The notes beneath the pieces are model-generated. The model did no database searches. It was given only the letters and a program-made list of their open reading frames with translations, and was not told the DNA's origin. Positions 18,608 through 28,808 of a DNA stretch of 45,035 bases are shown one piece after another. The stretch comes from Anaerolineae bacterium (GTDB lineage: Bacteria > Chloroflexota > Anaerolineae > S016-19): positions 1 to 45,035 of the forward strand of contig JALWAP010000026.1 in NCBI GenBank assembly GCA_027016315.1, given 5' to 3'. The translations under genes were made by a program, and so were the position numbers. Position 1 is the stretch's first letter, and the number at the start of each line of letters is the position of its first letter.

Positions 18608-19419
18608 CCTTCCAGCAGCTTCTTGACGCTCGAAAGCGCCCTGGATGCTATCTCCTCGGCATGGAGACCACGATACTTGCTCCCGTTTACCTCGACGCTG
18701 TAGGCTCCGTCGAACCCTATGGACTCCAGGGCATCGACGATGCTCCGAAGATCTACTACGCCTTCACCCGGCAGAAGCTTGTCTGATTCGTCTGCGGCAT
18801 TGGGTGGTGCATCTGCCACCTGAACGAACGCTATCTCGTCGGGAGACATCTCTTTGATCTCTTCGATTGAACCCCCGCCAAGGTGGAAGTGGAACGTATC
18901 CAGCACTATGCCGATCTTTCCCGGGGCTACTTCGTCGATCAGCTTTCTCGCTTCGGTCAGGGTGGAGACCGGAGAGTCCGGGTATCCGGTGAACTCGAAC
19001 GCGAGACTTACCTGCCCGAACAGAGGAGCGATGCTGTGGTAGAGGGAAAGCAGGTCCTTGAGCTTCGCTCTGGATTCGGCTTTTGAAGGCGCTTTGGCGG
19101 GCGGCTTGCCGACAGAGGCCGCGATCCACTTTGCCCCCAGTTTTGCAGCGGAAGAAGCCATCGCATAGCATTGGGATTCGAGGGCAGCTTCGCCTTCCCT
19201 GTCCTGAAAAGGGATGTCGTCGAGCAGGCTGATGGCGTGTGCGGTAACGCCGGATTTCTTCAGGAGCTTGGAAAGGAAAGTGAGGCTGCCGCCTTTCAGC
19301 GCTATCACGAGTTTCTCGTCCCTCAGCTCCACGAAATCGAACCCGGTTTCTCCTGCAATCTTTATGTCGGTCGCGAGGCCGGTATCGGGCAAAGTAACGC
19401 TGCTGATCCCTACGATCAC
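18604..19419 (-). CDS. Sugar phosphate isomerase/epimerase (AP endonuclease family 2 TIM barrel, IolI-like)
   Basis: GFDFVEL, LAFEF, LDTFHF, VQVAD, LPGEG..D, GFDGAYSVEV; GTG start with GGAGG RBS. Confidence 0.85.
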   Translation of the reverse strand: MIVGISSVTLPDTGLATDIKIAGETGFDFVELRDEKLVIALKGGSLTFLSKLLKKSGVTAHAISLLDDIPFQDREGEAALESQCYAMASSAAKLGAKWIAASVGKPPAKAPSKAESRAKLKDLLSLYHSIAPLFGQVSLAFEFTGYPDSPVSTLTEARKLIDEVAPGKIGIVLDTFHFHLGGGSIEEIKEMSPDEIAFVQVADAPPNAADESDKLLPGEGVVDLRSIVDALESIGFDGAYSVEVNGSKYRGLHAEEIASRALSSVKKLLEG

Positions 19420-19840
19420 CTGCTACCTCCTCTTCAGAGTTTAGATTGCCCTGGTTTGGGCGGTAGTCCGTTTGACATTCTCCCAGTTTTTGGCTGTTTT
19501 AGCAAGGTTTCCCTTCTGGCCTTTGGACACGGGTTCGGGCATGTCGTAGGCTGTAGGGGGCGGCATCCCGAACTCTATGCCAAGGGAAAGTTCGGTGCGT
19601 CTCGAGTGGTGTAAAGTTGCTTGGAGGCTGCGGATTCACTCAGGGGTAGGGGTATCGGGATCGACCGGATAGCGCGCTTCAAGCCTCGAGGGTGTTTGGG
19701 TTCGTCTCTATCTTCGTAGTGTTCATGCAGTTTTGGGAAGCTCGGTAGGAATAAGCCCCTTGTGGAATATATGTGGAGCTATGTTCCTAACAGAGTACGC
19801 GATTATAGAGCGTTACAGTACGTCGTTGAGAGGTTCTTCT

Positions 19841-19869
19841 TTGCCATTGGTGGGGGCGTGTGCTAAAAT
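19841..19869 (+). promoter_or_regulatory. Sigma70-type promoter upstream of the large glycoside hydrolase gene
   Basis: TTGCCA-17 bp-TAAAAT with extended TG. Confidence 0.6.
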
Positions 19870-20039
19870 CCTCTGCAGTTTTGGTGGAGAACATGGGAAT
19901 AGTCGCTTTTGGATCGTGCACCAAGAGAAGAACACTATCGTTTGTTCGAAAATCCTCCCGAAGCCTTCGGGAAATTTCCCCGCGTCGATGATCTTCAGGA
20001 AACGCGGGAATTTTACGTCTTGGAGGAGTATCGATAGCA

Positions 20040-23000
20040 ATGGAAAGTGAAAATAGCCGGTTCCTGGAGAGGTTCACCGATTGGTTGGAGAAGAAGGGCG
20101 GTTCCAAGTTCCTTGGGGTGCTGATTCCTGTTTTGTTGATAATCAGTCTGCTCCTTCCCCCCATTTCCCTTGGGGCGAGGGTCGTTTCTGCCGGGTACAG
20201 AAGCATTCCAGCCAAGTCCGGCGGCGGAGTCGCGGACCCCGACGGCACGCAGATTACGTTCCCTGCAGAGGGCCTGAGCGGGAATATCCGCGCCAAGCTT
20301 TCTTCCATCCCACGGGAGGTTTTCCTGAAACGGGAGGATGATAAGGATCTGCGCAAGGCTGCTTCCTCGATCCCTGACACAATTGTGATGAAGAGCCCCC
20401 TGTATCGGCTTTCCATCAAGGGCCCTGCTCCGAAGAAGATCGTGATCTCCGTGCCGATTCCAAACAACTCGGAGCCTTTCGAAACCTTGGACCTGTACGC
20501 GTGGAACGGATCCAAATGGCTTTGGATGCCGAGTAAGCTAATTAAGGAAGACGAGGTTCTCGAATCGCACCTCGGTGCGCCCGTTGAGTACTTCGCCGTA
20601 TTTCAGACGAAACGCCAGCCGCAGATGGCAGGCTTGTTCTGGGGCTCGAAAAGCGGGGTCCCTGCAAAGGGGGCTTCTGTGTTGAGTTACGTCTTCCCTC
20701 TCAGCTACTCCCTTAAAGACGATCAGGGCGACTTGAAGACCGACTTTTCGCCGGACGAGCTTTCCAAAGCTGAGAATGCGTCTTACACCGTCGTTCCGGT
20801 CGTCAGAAACTGGCAGGCCGGCAAGGAAGGTGGGGTGGCGCTGGTTCGAACCGATTTGGTAGATAACACCTTGAAGTCGGAGAAAGCCAGCAAGCAACTG
20901 ATTGGCAACATCGTCGATCTCACGGTGGGTGGTCTGTATCCGGGCGTGGTGCTGGATTTCCGGAATGTCGATGTTAACCTGAGGGGGGAGTTCTCCGCTT
21001 TCGTGAAGTCCCTGGCGGAGGCACTCCACGCCAAGAACAAGCAACTTGCCGTCCGCGTCGATACGCCCAGGCAAATCGCCGAGGACAGGTTCGAGACGGG
21101 TGCGTATGATTGGACGGTGATAGGCGAGGCGGCTGATACGGTCATAGTAGATGCTCCGGTCGATCCTACGGCGTACAAACCGGATGGTCACATGGATCAG
21201 CTTGCTATCTGGAGCGTGGGGCACGTCCAGCGACAGAAATTGCATTTCGTCTTGCCTGGTCGGAGTGTGGAAAGGGCTGGAAACTATTACCTGCTCCTTC
21301 CGTACGAAAAAGCAGTGCTTCCCTTGCTCGGCAAGGTCAAGGTCGAGGGAGACGAAAAGCCGGGGGCACAGGTGACGGTTTCCATGCAGTCTGACCGGAT
21401 CGTCTCTCCGCTTCAACTTGATTCCACTCTGCACCAGAAGTGGTTTGCATACAAGGACAACAGCGGTAACGAGCGCATAGTGTGGCTGGAAGATGCCGAA
21501 AGCCTTCAGTACAAGCTTTCGTTGATCAGCCGCTACAACATCAACGGCATCGATCTCGATAACCTTCCTGGCGGTTCTGGTTCCGATATCCCTGTGTGGA
21601 GCCTTCTGGAAGCTTTCGTCAAGGATAAGCTCGACAAGTTTGCGGTGTCCGAGCCTGTGGAGGTTGTGTTCAAGGTAAAGGACGGGGACAAAGTCGTGGC
21701 GACTGCGAAGGCCAACATTCAGAACCCTAAGGCCACGCTCAAGCTCCCGGACAAGGTGGAAAATGGGTTGAGCGTGGAGGCATCGGTGGCTGTGGGCGAT
21801 GCAGTCGTGAGCGCTCCGGTCTCGGCGAAGCTGGCCGTTGCTGCCTCCCCCGCGCAGGAAAAGCAGAATTCGCCTTCGCCTAATCCTACCCCGTCGCCCA
21901 CGCCGACTCCAGAGGCCTCTTCTTCGCCGGTCTTGACCACGGAAGACCCGATCAACCTCCGATCCGGTCCTGGGACTGCGTATCCCGTCAAGGGGAAGAG
22001 CAAGCCTGGGAAGGAGTACAAAATCGTCGGCAAGAACAAAGATGGCACGTGGTGGCAGATCGAAGTTGATGGGCAGAAGCTTTGGATATCTGCCAAATAC
22101 AGCAAAGCCACCGGCGATCTGACCCAAGTAGCAGTGGTCAAGAACATTCCGAAGCCTCCGGCCCGACCGGTTACCGCTCCGGTGTCCCATGCTGCTGCAG
22201 GCTTCTTCGACTATGGGATTCAGGCCCATATGGTGGACAACAACCAGGCCCCCAGGGTAATGGCGGCGATCAACGACCTGGGATTCCACTGGGTCAAGCA
22301 GCAGGTCGAATGGAAGCGATTCGAGCCGAGCAAAGGCAACTATCAGTGGGGCCCGCTTGATTACATCGTCAATGTGGCACAGCAACACGGCGTGAAGGTG
22401 ATGTTCAGCGTGGCGAAGGCTCCTCGCTGGGCTCGTCCTGCGAACGCGGACTTCAGCGTGGAAGGGCCTCCTTCCAACCCGAAGGACTTCGGGGATTTCA
22501 TGGGCGCTCTGGCGAAGCGGTATTGCGGGCGTGTTGGCGCCGTGGAGGCGTGGAATGAGCAGAACATCAACTACGAGTGGGGTAACGAGCCTCCTGATCC
22601 AGGAAGGTATGTTCAATTGCTTGCCGCCGCATATCGTGCCGTCAAGGCAGCGTGCCCGCAGATGATCGTGATCAGCGGTGCTCTGACCCCTGCGGGTAAC
22701 GTCACCATAGGAGGACAGTGGCGTGCGGTGGACGATGTCAATTACCTGACCGCCATGTACCAGCATGGTCTCAAGAACTACTGCGACGCCGTGGGTGCCC
22801 ACCCAAGCGGCTTCAACGTGGCTCCGTGGGTCCACGGTGGAGCGGAGGCGTGCCAGTTCATCACTCAGCGGCACGCCAGGTTCCGCGGACCGTGCAATTC
22901 GCCGCACCATTCCTGGAGCTTCAGGAGCACCATGGAAATGTACAGGAACGTGATGGTTCGGTTCGGCGATGCGAACAAGCGGATATGGCCTACAGAGTTT

Positions 23001-23252
23001 GGCTGGGCGTCCAGTGATACCCCGGCTCCTGGGTACGAATACGCCGCAGACAATTCGAGGCAGGATCAGGCGGAATGGACTGTCAAGGCGTACCAGATGA
23101 TGAAAGCCTGGGGCTGGGTAGGTGTGGCGTTCCTCTGGAACCTGAACTTTGCTGTTGTCGCTCCTGGTTCTGAGATGGCGCAATGGGGAATCGTGGATCC
23201 GGCATGGAATCCGTATCCGGTGTACCTGGCTCTCAAGAGCATGCCTAAATAA
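20040..23252 (+). CDS. Membrane-anchored multidomain protein: degenerate GH18-like barrel, Pro/Thr linker, SH3b, clan GH-A (GH5/GH39-like) hydrolase
   Basis: N-terminal TM; GH18-like GVVLDFR, GAYDW..IG..AD, VWLED..S; [13 protein letters not shown]; SH3b [11 protein letters not shown]; WNEQN acid/base and TEFGW nucleophile motifs. Confidence 0.8.
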   Translation: MESENSRFLERFTDWLEKKGGSKFLGVLIPVLLIISLLLPPISLGARVVSAGYRSIPAKSGGGVADPDGTQITFPAEGLSGNIRAKLSSIPREVFLKREDDKDLRKAASSIPDTIVMKSPLYRLSIKGPAPKKIVISVPIPNNSEPFETLDLYAWNGSKWLWMPSKLIKEDEVLESHLGAPVEYFAVFQTKRQPQMAGLFWGSKSGVPAKGASVLSYVFPLSYSLKDDQGDLKTDFSPDELSKAENASYTVVPVVRNWQAGKEGGVALVRTDLVDNTLKSEKASKQLIGNIVDLTVGGLYPGVVLDFRNVDVNLRGEFSAFVKSLAEALHAKNKQLAVRVDTPRQIAEDRFETGAYDWTVIGEAADTVIVDAPVDPTAYKPDGHMDQLAIWSVGHVQRQKLHFVLPGRSVERAGNYYLLLPYEKAVLPLLGKVKVEGDEKPGAQVTVSMQSDRIVSPLQLDSTLHQKWFAYKDNSGNERIVWLEDAESLQYKLSLISRYNINGIDLDNLPGGSGSDIPVWSLLEAFVKDKLDKFAVSEPVEVVFKVKDGDKVVATAKANIQNPKATLKLPDKVENGLSVEASVAVGDAVVSAPVSAKLAVAASPAQEKQNSPSPNPTPSPTPTPEASSSPVLTTEDPINLRSGPGTAYPVKGKSKPGKEYKIVGKNKDGTWWQIEVDGQKLWISAKYSKATGDLTQVAVVKNIPKPPARPVTAPVSHAAAGFFDYGIQAHMVDNNQAPRVMAAINDLGFHWVKQQVEWKRFEPSKGNYQWGPLDYIVNVAQQHGVKVMFSVAKAPRWARPANADFSVEGPPSNPKDFGDFMGALAKRYCGRVGAVEAWNEQNINYEWGNEPPDPGRYVQLLAAAYRAVKAACPQMIVISGALTPAGNVTIGGQWRAVDDVNYLTAMYQHGLKNYCDAVGAHPSGFNVAPWVHGGAEACQFITQRHARFRGPCNSPHHSWSFRSTMEMYRNVMVRFGDANKRIWPTEFGWASSDTPAPGYEYAADNSRQDQAEWTVKAYQMMKAWGWVGVAFLWNLNFAVVAPGSEMAQWGIVDPAWNPYPVYLALKSMPK

Positions 23253-23265
23253 CCAGGAGCTTTCT

Positions 23266-23305
23266 GCAGGCGCGGAAAGGTGGGTTCTTTTCGCGCTTGC
23301 TTTTT
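23266..23305 (+). terminator. Intrinsic terminator-like hairpin between the two hydrolase genes
   Basis: GCAGGCGCGGAAAGG...TCTTTTCGCGCTTGC followed by TTTTT. Confidence 0.6.
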
Positions 23306-23317
23306 GGAGAGGGAAAG

Positions 23318-24730
23318 ATGAAAAACGTCAAAGCAATGTCTCTGGCAGTCGTGCTGGCAATCTTGGTGAGTTCGTGCACTTTTCCTGCAGGAATCACTCC
23401 CAGGTCCGCGAGCCCTACGGCAAGCGCGACCCCTACCCGCACTGTGACTGTGGTACCATCTCCAACTATGAGGCCTGCTACAGCGACTTTCACGTCGGAG
23501 CCGTCGGCCACTCCGTCGCCAACGCCTGCGCCCACCGATACGGCGACTCCCTCGCCGTCTCCGTCGGCCACCAGCACGAACACCCCAGTGCCTCCGTCGC
23601 CAACGCCGAAGCCTACCGCGGTACCGCCCACGCCCACAACAGTTCCGGCGGGAAATCCTGGAATCCCGTTTGGGGATGTGATGACTTCTCCGGACTATGG
23701 GGTACAGGCGTTTCTGTGGTGGCGTCCTGGCATAGCGGATAGGGACCTGGGGTTGATCAAGGACGCTGGTTTCCGATGGGTCAAACAATGGTTTGCCTGG
23801 AAGGACATAGAGATTGCTCCGGGGAAATATGATTGGTCGCACGCCGATAGGATAGTCAAGCAGGCACACGACGAATTCCAGTTGAAGATTCTGGCGCGCA
23901 CCGATAGAGCTCCGGCGTGGGCTGGCGAGCCTCCCGATGACGCCCAGGCCTATGCCAATTTCCTTCATGCCCTGGCGTCCAGATATCGGGGGAGGATTCA
24001 GGCATATCAGGTGTGGAACGAGCCAAACCTCGCCAGGGAGTGGGGAGGAAAGAGGCCCGACCCTGTTGGTTATGCCAGGATGTTGAGGCTTGCGTATCAG
24101 GCCATCAAGAGCGCCGATCCTAATGCTATTGTGATTAGCGCGGGGATGTCTCCCACTGGCACCAACGATCAGACTGCCATGCCCGATGACCTTTACATCG
24201 AGAAGCTCTACCAGGCTATGGGGAACAACAGCGACGGGTACTTTGATATGCTGGGGGTTCACGCAGCGGGCTACAAGGCTCCGCCTGAGCTCGATCCGGC
24301 GGAGGCGAAAGCCAACAAAGCGCTCTATGGCGGCGAGCGGTTCTTCTGCTTCAGACACGTGGAGGACATTCGTAAGATAATGGTAGCCCATGGAGACGCC
24401 GGAAAGCGAATTGCAATCTTGGAGTTCGGCTGGACCAGCGATAAAGTGCATCCTTCCTACAGCTGGCATGCGGTATCGGAACAACAGAAAGCCGATTACA
24501 TCGTCCGGGCGTTCAAGTGGGCGAAAGAGCATTGGACTCCCTGGATCGCGGTAATGACGTTGATATACATGCCGGATTCCGACTGGACCGAGCAAGATGA
24601 GCAGTACTGGTGGTCTATCACAAGGCCGATGAAGATCAACGAATGGAAACCACTTCCGGCTTACATTGAAGTGTGTGAGTACCTGAATTCCTTGAAAGGA
24701 CAGAGATGTCCTAAGGCTCCAAAGGGCTAA
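23318..24730 (+). CDS. Lipoprotein with Pro/Thr/Ser linker and clan GH-A (GH5/GH39-like) glycoside hydrolase domain
   Basis: Lipobox LVSSC, ~90-aa PT linker, [17 protein letters not shown]; paralogous to the C-terminal domain of the upstream gene. Confidence 0.85.
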   Translation: MKNVKAMSLAVVLAILVSSCTFPAGITPRSASPTASATPTRTVTVVPSPTMRPATATFTSEPSATPSPTPAPTDTATPSPSPSATSTNTPVPPSPTPKPTAVPPTPTTVPAGNPGIPFGDVMTSPDYGVQAFLWWRPGIADRDLGLIKDAGFRWVKQWFAWKDIEIAPGKYDWSHADRIVKQAHDEFQLKILARTDRAPAWAGEPPDDAQAYANFLHALASRYRGRIQAYQVWNEPNLAREWGGKRPDPVGYARMLRLAYQAIKSADPNAIVISAGMSPTGTNDQTAMPDDLYIEKLYQAMGNNSDGYFDMLGVHAAGYKAPPELDPAEAKANKALYGGERFFCFRHVEDIRKIMVAHGDAGKRIAILEFGWTSDKVHPSYSWHAVSEQQKADYIVRAFKWAKEHWTPWIAVMTLIYMPDSDWTEQDEQYWWSITRPMKINEWKPLPAYIEVCEYLNSLKGQRCPKAPKG

Positions 24731-24744
24731 TGGTTGGGTTTCGG

Positions 24745-24774
24745 ACGGGGGACGGTGGCGGTATTGTCCCCCGT
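24745..24774 (+). terminator. Hairpin after the hydrolase pair
   Basis: ACGGGGGACGGT...ATTGTCCCCCGT. Confidence 0.5.
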
Positions 24775-24846
24775 TGTGGTATACTTTTGAAGAGTTCGAT
24801 CGGACACGTGGATGTGCCTATGAGGTTTGTTTAGACTTTTGTTCTT

Positions 24847-24875
24847 TTGACATGCGGTTGTATTCTCAATATAAT
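24847..24875 (+). promoter_or_regulatory. Consensus sigma70 promoter of liv operon 1
   Basis: Exact TTGACA-17 bp-TATAAT. Confidence 0.85.
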
Positions 24876-25065
24876 CTCAGCTTAGGTGCCATCGTGGCAC
24901 TTCTCTGACCTTCGTTGTGCTGACATCGTTTTTGGGTATGGAGGTTTTCTTTAACAGAAATCAAGGATTTGAGGGGGTGATATACCTTGTGTGAAAACCT
25001 TGGGGGTGGGTACCCCGAACCGGAAAACCTCGGATCACAAAATCTTTTGAGGAGGAGGAAGGCGT

Positions 25066-27669
25066 ATGAAGTCCAAGAAGCTGGTTTTTCTGATGAGTGT
25101 CCTTGTGATACTCTCCATGGTTCTGGCTGCATGTGGGCCTAAGGCTACTCCTACGAAGGCTCCTGCGCCGACGGAAGCGCCGGCTGCAACGAAGGCCCCT
25201 GCACCGACGAAGGCTCCGGCGGCTACCAAGGCTCCTGAGCCGACCAAAGCCCCGGTTGCTAAGTTCAAGTGCACCGACAAGCTCGGCTGTGTGGATGTAG
25301 GGCCGGGCGATCCGATCAAGATTGCCATCATGGCTGTGCTCTCCGGCCCGAATGCCTCGCTCGGTGAGGACACGGTGCATGGCGTCGAGATCGCGGTGGA
25401 CGATGTCGGTGGCAAGATTCTCGGCCATCCCATCGAGCTGGACAAAGAGGACTCCCAGTGTTCGCCTGAAGGTGGTCAGGCAGCGGCGCAGAAAGTGGCG
25501 GCTGACAAGAGCATCGTGGGTGTGATTGGGACGAACTGCTCCAGTGCAGCGAAGGTGGCAGCTCCGATCATCTCCGATGCGGGGATGGTGATGATCTCCC
25601 CGTCGAACACAGCTCCTTACCTGACCGATCCAAAGACCCATGTTCCTGGGTACTTGAGGACAGCGCACAACGACCTGTTCCAGGGCTCGCTGGCTGCTGA
25701 GTTTGCGTACAAGGTGCTTGGCAAGAGGAAAGCGGCCACTATCCATGACGGGAGTGTGTACGCGGAGCAGTTGGCGAACGTGTTTGCGGACACGTTCAAG
25801 AAGCTTGGTGGGAAGGTAGTGGCGCAGGAAGCAGTGAACGTAGGGGATACGGACATGAGGCCGGTGCTGACGAGGATAGCGGCGCAGCATCCGGACTTCA
25901 TCTACTATCCGATCTTTGTGGCTGAGGGTGGGTTCATCACCCGGCAGGCGAAGGAAGTAGAGGGGCTGCAGAACGTAGCGCTGATGACGGCAGATGGGTG
26001 CTTCAGTGCGGACTTTGGTAAGGCGGCTGGAGATGCGGCTCTTGGGATGTATCAGAGTGGGCCGTATGTGACTGGTAAAGCCTACCAGGAGTTCTTGAAG
26101 AAGCACAAGGCCAAGTACGGGACGAACCCGCCGAGTGGCTTCCATGCCCATGCGTACGATGCCACCATGCTGCTCATCAATGCCATCAAGAAAGTGGCTG
26201 TCGTCGAGAAAGACGGTACGGTTCACATCCCGCGCCAGGCTTTGCGTGATGCGTTGTTCCACACCAAGGATTACCATGGTCTGACCGGTACGCTTTCGTG
26301 CAACCAGTACGGCGACTGCGCTACCGGTGAGGCGCTGGCAATCTTCCAGGTGACCCAGAAGACTCTGGACACCCTGAAGAAGACCGGCGAGTGGCATCCT
26401 GAGGTGGTCTACACCAAGAGCGGTGGCTTCGTTGGCAACAAGCAGGCTGGTGCCAACGTACCGACCGAGCCCAAGAAGGTGTCCAACTACAAGTGCACCG
26501 ACAAGCTCGGCTGTGTGGAAGTCGCCAAGGGTGATCCGATCAAGATCGCCGTCATGGCTGTGCTCTCCGGCCCGAACGCCTCGCTCGGCGAGGACACGGT
26601 GCACGGCGTCGAGATTGCTGTGGACGACCTGGGCGGCAAGATCTTCGGCCATCCCATCGAACTGGACAAAGAGGACTCCCAGTGCTCGCCTGAAGGTGGT
26701 CAGGCAGCGGCGCAGAAAGTGGCGGCTGACAAGAGCATCGTGGGCGTGATTGGGACGAACTGCTCCAGTGCAGCGAAGGTGGCAGCTCCGATCATCTCCG
26801 ATGCGGGGATGGTAATGATCTCCCCGTCGAACACAGCTCCTTACCTGACCGATCCAAAGACCCATGTTCCTGGGTATCTGAGGACAGCGCACAACGACCT
26901 GTTCCAGGGCTCGCTGGCTGCTGAGTTTGCGTACAAGGCGCTTGGCAAGAGGCGTGCTGCGACGATTCACGATGGTAGTGTGTACGCCGAGCAGTTGGCG
27001 AACGTGTTTGCGGACACGTTCAAGAAGCTTGGTGGGAAGGTAGTGGCGCAGGAAGCAGTGAACGTAGGGGATACGGACATGAGGCCGGTGCTGACGAGGA
27101 TAGCGGCGCAGCATCCGGACTTCATCTACTATCCGATCTTTGTGGCTGAGGGTGGGTTCATCACCCGGCAGGCGAAGGAAGTAGAGGGGCTGCAGAACGT
27201 AGCGCTGATGACGGCAGATGGGTGCTTCAGTGCGGACTTTGGTAAGGCGGCTGGAGATGCGGCTCTTGGGATGTATCAGAGTGGGCCGTATGTGACTGGT
27301 AAAGCCTACCAGGAGTTCTTGAAGAAGCACAAGGCCAAGTACGGGACGAACCCGCCGAGTGGTTTCCATGCCCATGCTTACGATGCCACCATGCTCCTCG
27401 CCAACGCTATCAAGAAAGTGGCGGTGGAGGACGGCAAAGGCACCCTCTACATCCCGCGGCAGGCTTTGCGTGATGCGTTGTTCCACACCAAGGATTACCA
27501 TGGTCTGACCGGTACGCTTTCGTGCAACCAGTACGGCGACTGCGCTACCGGTGAGGCGCTGGCAATCTTCAAGGTAACCCAGAAGACTCTGGATACCCTG
27601 AAGAAGACCGGCGAGTGGCATCCTGAGGTGGTCTACACCAAGTCTGGCGGCCTGGTCGGGAAGCCGTAA
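25066..27669 (+). CDS. livK: Branched-chain amino acid ABC transporter binding lipoprotein with two tandem LivJ/K-type domains
   Basis: Lipobox VLAAC, (T/E/K)APA repeats, two copies of GTNCSS, MISPSNTAP, RTAHND, HAYDAT. Confidence 0.88.
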   Translation: MKSKKLVFLMSVLVILSMVLAACGPKATPTKAPAPTEAPAATKAPAPTKAPAATKAPEPTKAPVAKFKCTDKLGCVDVGPGDPIKIAIMAVLSGPNASLGEDTVHGVEIAVDDVGGKILGHPIELDKEDSQCSPEGGQAAAQKVAADKSIVGVIGTNCSSAAKVAAPIISDAGMVMISPSNTAPYLTDPKTHVPGYLRTAHNDLFQGSLAAEFAYKVLGKRKAATIHDGSVYAEQLANVFADTFKKLGGKVVAQEAVNVGDTDMRPVLTRIAAQHPDFIYYPIFVAEGGFITRQAKEVEGLQNVALMTADGCFSADFGKAAGDAALGMYQSGPYVTGKAYQEFLKKHKAKYGTNPPSGFHAHAYDATMLLINAIKKVAVVEKDGTVHIPRQALRDALFHTKDYHGLTGTLSCNQYGDCATGEALAIFQVTQKTLDTLKKTGEWHPEVVYTKSGGFVGNKQAGANVPTEPKKVSNYKCTDKLGCVEVAKGDPIKIAVMAVLSGPNASLGEDTVHGVEIAVDDLGGKIFGHPIELDKEDSQCSPEGGQAAAQKVAADKSIVGVIGTNCSSAAKVAAPIISDAGMVMISPSNTAPYLTDPKTHVPGYLRTAHNDLFQGSLAAEFAYKALGKRRAATIHDGSVYAEQLANVFADTFKKLGGKVVAQEAVNVGDTDMRPVLTRIAAQHPDFIYYPIFVAEGGFITRQAKEVEGLQNVALMTADGCFSADFGKAAGDAALGMYQSGPYVTGKAYQEFLKKHKAKYGTNPPSGFHAHAYDATMLLANAIKKVAVEDGKGTLYIPRQALRDALFHTKDYHGLTGTLSCNQYGDCATGEALAIFKVTQKTLDTLKKTGEWHPEVVYTKSGGLVGKP
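25267..27660 (+). repeat. Intragenic direct duplication, period 1224 bp
   Basis: AAGTGCACCGACAAGCTCGGCTGTGTGGA at 25267 and 26491; the two units are near-identical throughout. Confidence 0.95.
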
Positions 27670-27689
27670 ACGTTTGGTAGACGTTTTAG

Positions 27690-27716
27690 AGGGGGGAGTT
27701 CGTAAGACTCCCCCCT
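27690..27716 (+). other. Intercistronic hairpin after the binding-protein gene (mRNA stabiliser or attenuator)
   Basis: AGGGGGGAGT...ACTCCCCCCT perfect 10-bp stem. Confidence 0.55.
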
Positions 27717-27739
27717 ACCTCGATTTCTACGGAGGGGCT

Positions 27740-28798
27740 ATGTTCGAGAAACTAAAAGGCAAGCTTGACACAACCACTATCACCATGTGGGTGATAGGTT
27801 TACTCGTGACATTCGCCATCATCTACGGTTCTGCCCGCACCTTGATTGCCGGGAAATACACCGGCAGGCAATGGGTCGAGTTTACCGTCTTCGGGTTGGC
27901 ACAAGGCGGTATTTATGCACTTATCGCTCTCGGGTATACGCAGGTGTACGGCATTCTGAAGATGATCAACTTTGCCCATAGCGAGGTCTTCATGAGCGGC
28001 CCGATGATCGGATTCTTCGCTGCCAGAGACCTGGACAAATGGGGGTTCCTCAACGCCCATCCGATCATCAGCTTGCTTATAGTGCTGGTGGTTGCCATGA
28101 CCGTATCCATGACTGTGGCGGTCTTGCTGGAACTAATCGCATACCGCCCGTTGAGGGGCGCCCCCAGGTTGGTCCCGTTGATCACGGCCATCGGCGCATC
28201 GTTCTTCCTTCAGTACTTCTTCAAGGGGTTGTTTGGATCCAACGTCAAAGTATACCCCGATTGGAAGATCTTGAACGGCAAATGGACGATCCTCGGAGCC
28301 CACATCCTCAAAGTGCAGGTCATCGTTTTCATAGCTGCCATCCTGCTGATGGTAGGGCTTTACTCCTTTATGCAGAATACCAAGATCGGTAAGGCGATCC
28401 GAGCTGTTTCCGAGGACAAGGACGCAGCCGCTCTCATGGGGATCGATGTGGATCAGATGATATCTTTCTCATTTGCTTTGGGCGGCATCATGGCTGGTGC
28501 AGGCGGTGTGTTCTACGCTTTGATCTACAAGCAGGTTTTCTTCCTCATGGGCTTCGTCCCCGGCATCAAAGCGTTTACCGCAGCAGTCCTTGGTGGTATT
28601 GGGAACGTACCCGGCGCTATGCTCGGTGGGTTCTTCCTTGGTATTTTCGAAGCCCTCGGCCCTAACCTGTTCCTGGATGGTCTGGGCATTCCTTCTCCAT
28701 ATCAGCTCAAAGACGTCATCGCCTTTACCGTGCTGGTTCTGGTCCTGATCTTCCGACCTACCGGCATCCTTGGCGAGCGTCTTGCGAAACGGGCCTGA
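27740..28798 (+). CDS. livH: Branched-chain amino acid ABC permease
   Basis: YALIALGYT..YGIL.MINFAH, GKAIRAVSED..AA.LMGI, KAFTAAVLGGIGN, FRPTG. Confidence 0.92.
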   Translation: MFEKLKGKLDTTTITMWVIGLLVTFAIIYGSARTLIAGKYTGRQWVEFTVFGLAQGGIYALIALGYTQVYGILKMINFAHSEVFMSGPMIGFFAARDLDKWGFLNAHPIISLLIVLVVAMTVSMTVAVLLELIAYRPLRGAPRLVPLITAIGASFFLQYFFKGLFGSNVKVYPDWKILNGKWTILGAHILKVQVIVFIAAILLMVGLYSFMQNTKIGKAIRAVSEDKDAAALMGIDVDQMISFSFALGGIMAGAGGVFYALIYKQVFFLMGFVPGIKAFTAAVLGGIGNVPGAMLGGFFLGIFEALGPNLFLDGLGIPSPYQLKDVIAFTVLVLVLIFRPTGILGERLAKRA

Positions 28799-28808
28799 GG
28801 AGGACGAA

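Noticed and set aside
25002-25018. GGGTGGGTACCCCG as a T-box antiterminator in liv leader 1
   Set aside because: One base too many for the UGGNACC bulge, it is self-complementary, and no stem I or downstream terminator is visible.
20538-27621. Long minus-strand ORFs (881, 509 and 886 aa) and similar antisense ORFs elsewhere
   Set aside because: Shadow frames opposite well-supported genes, expected from GC-rich codon bias.
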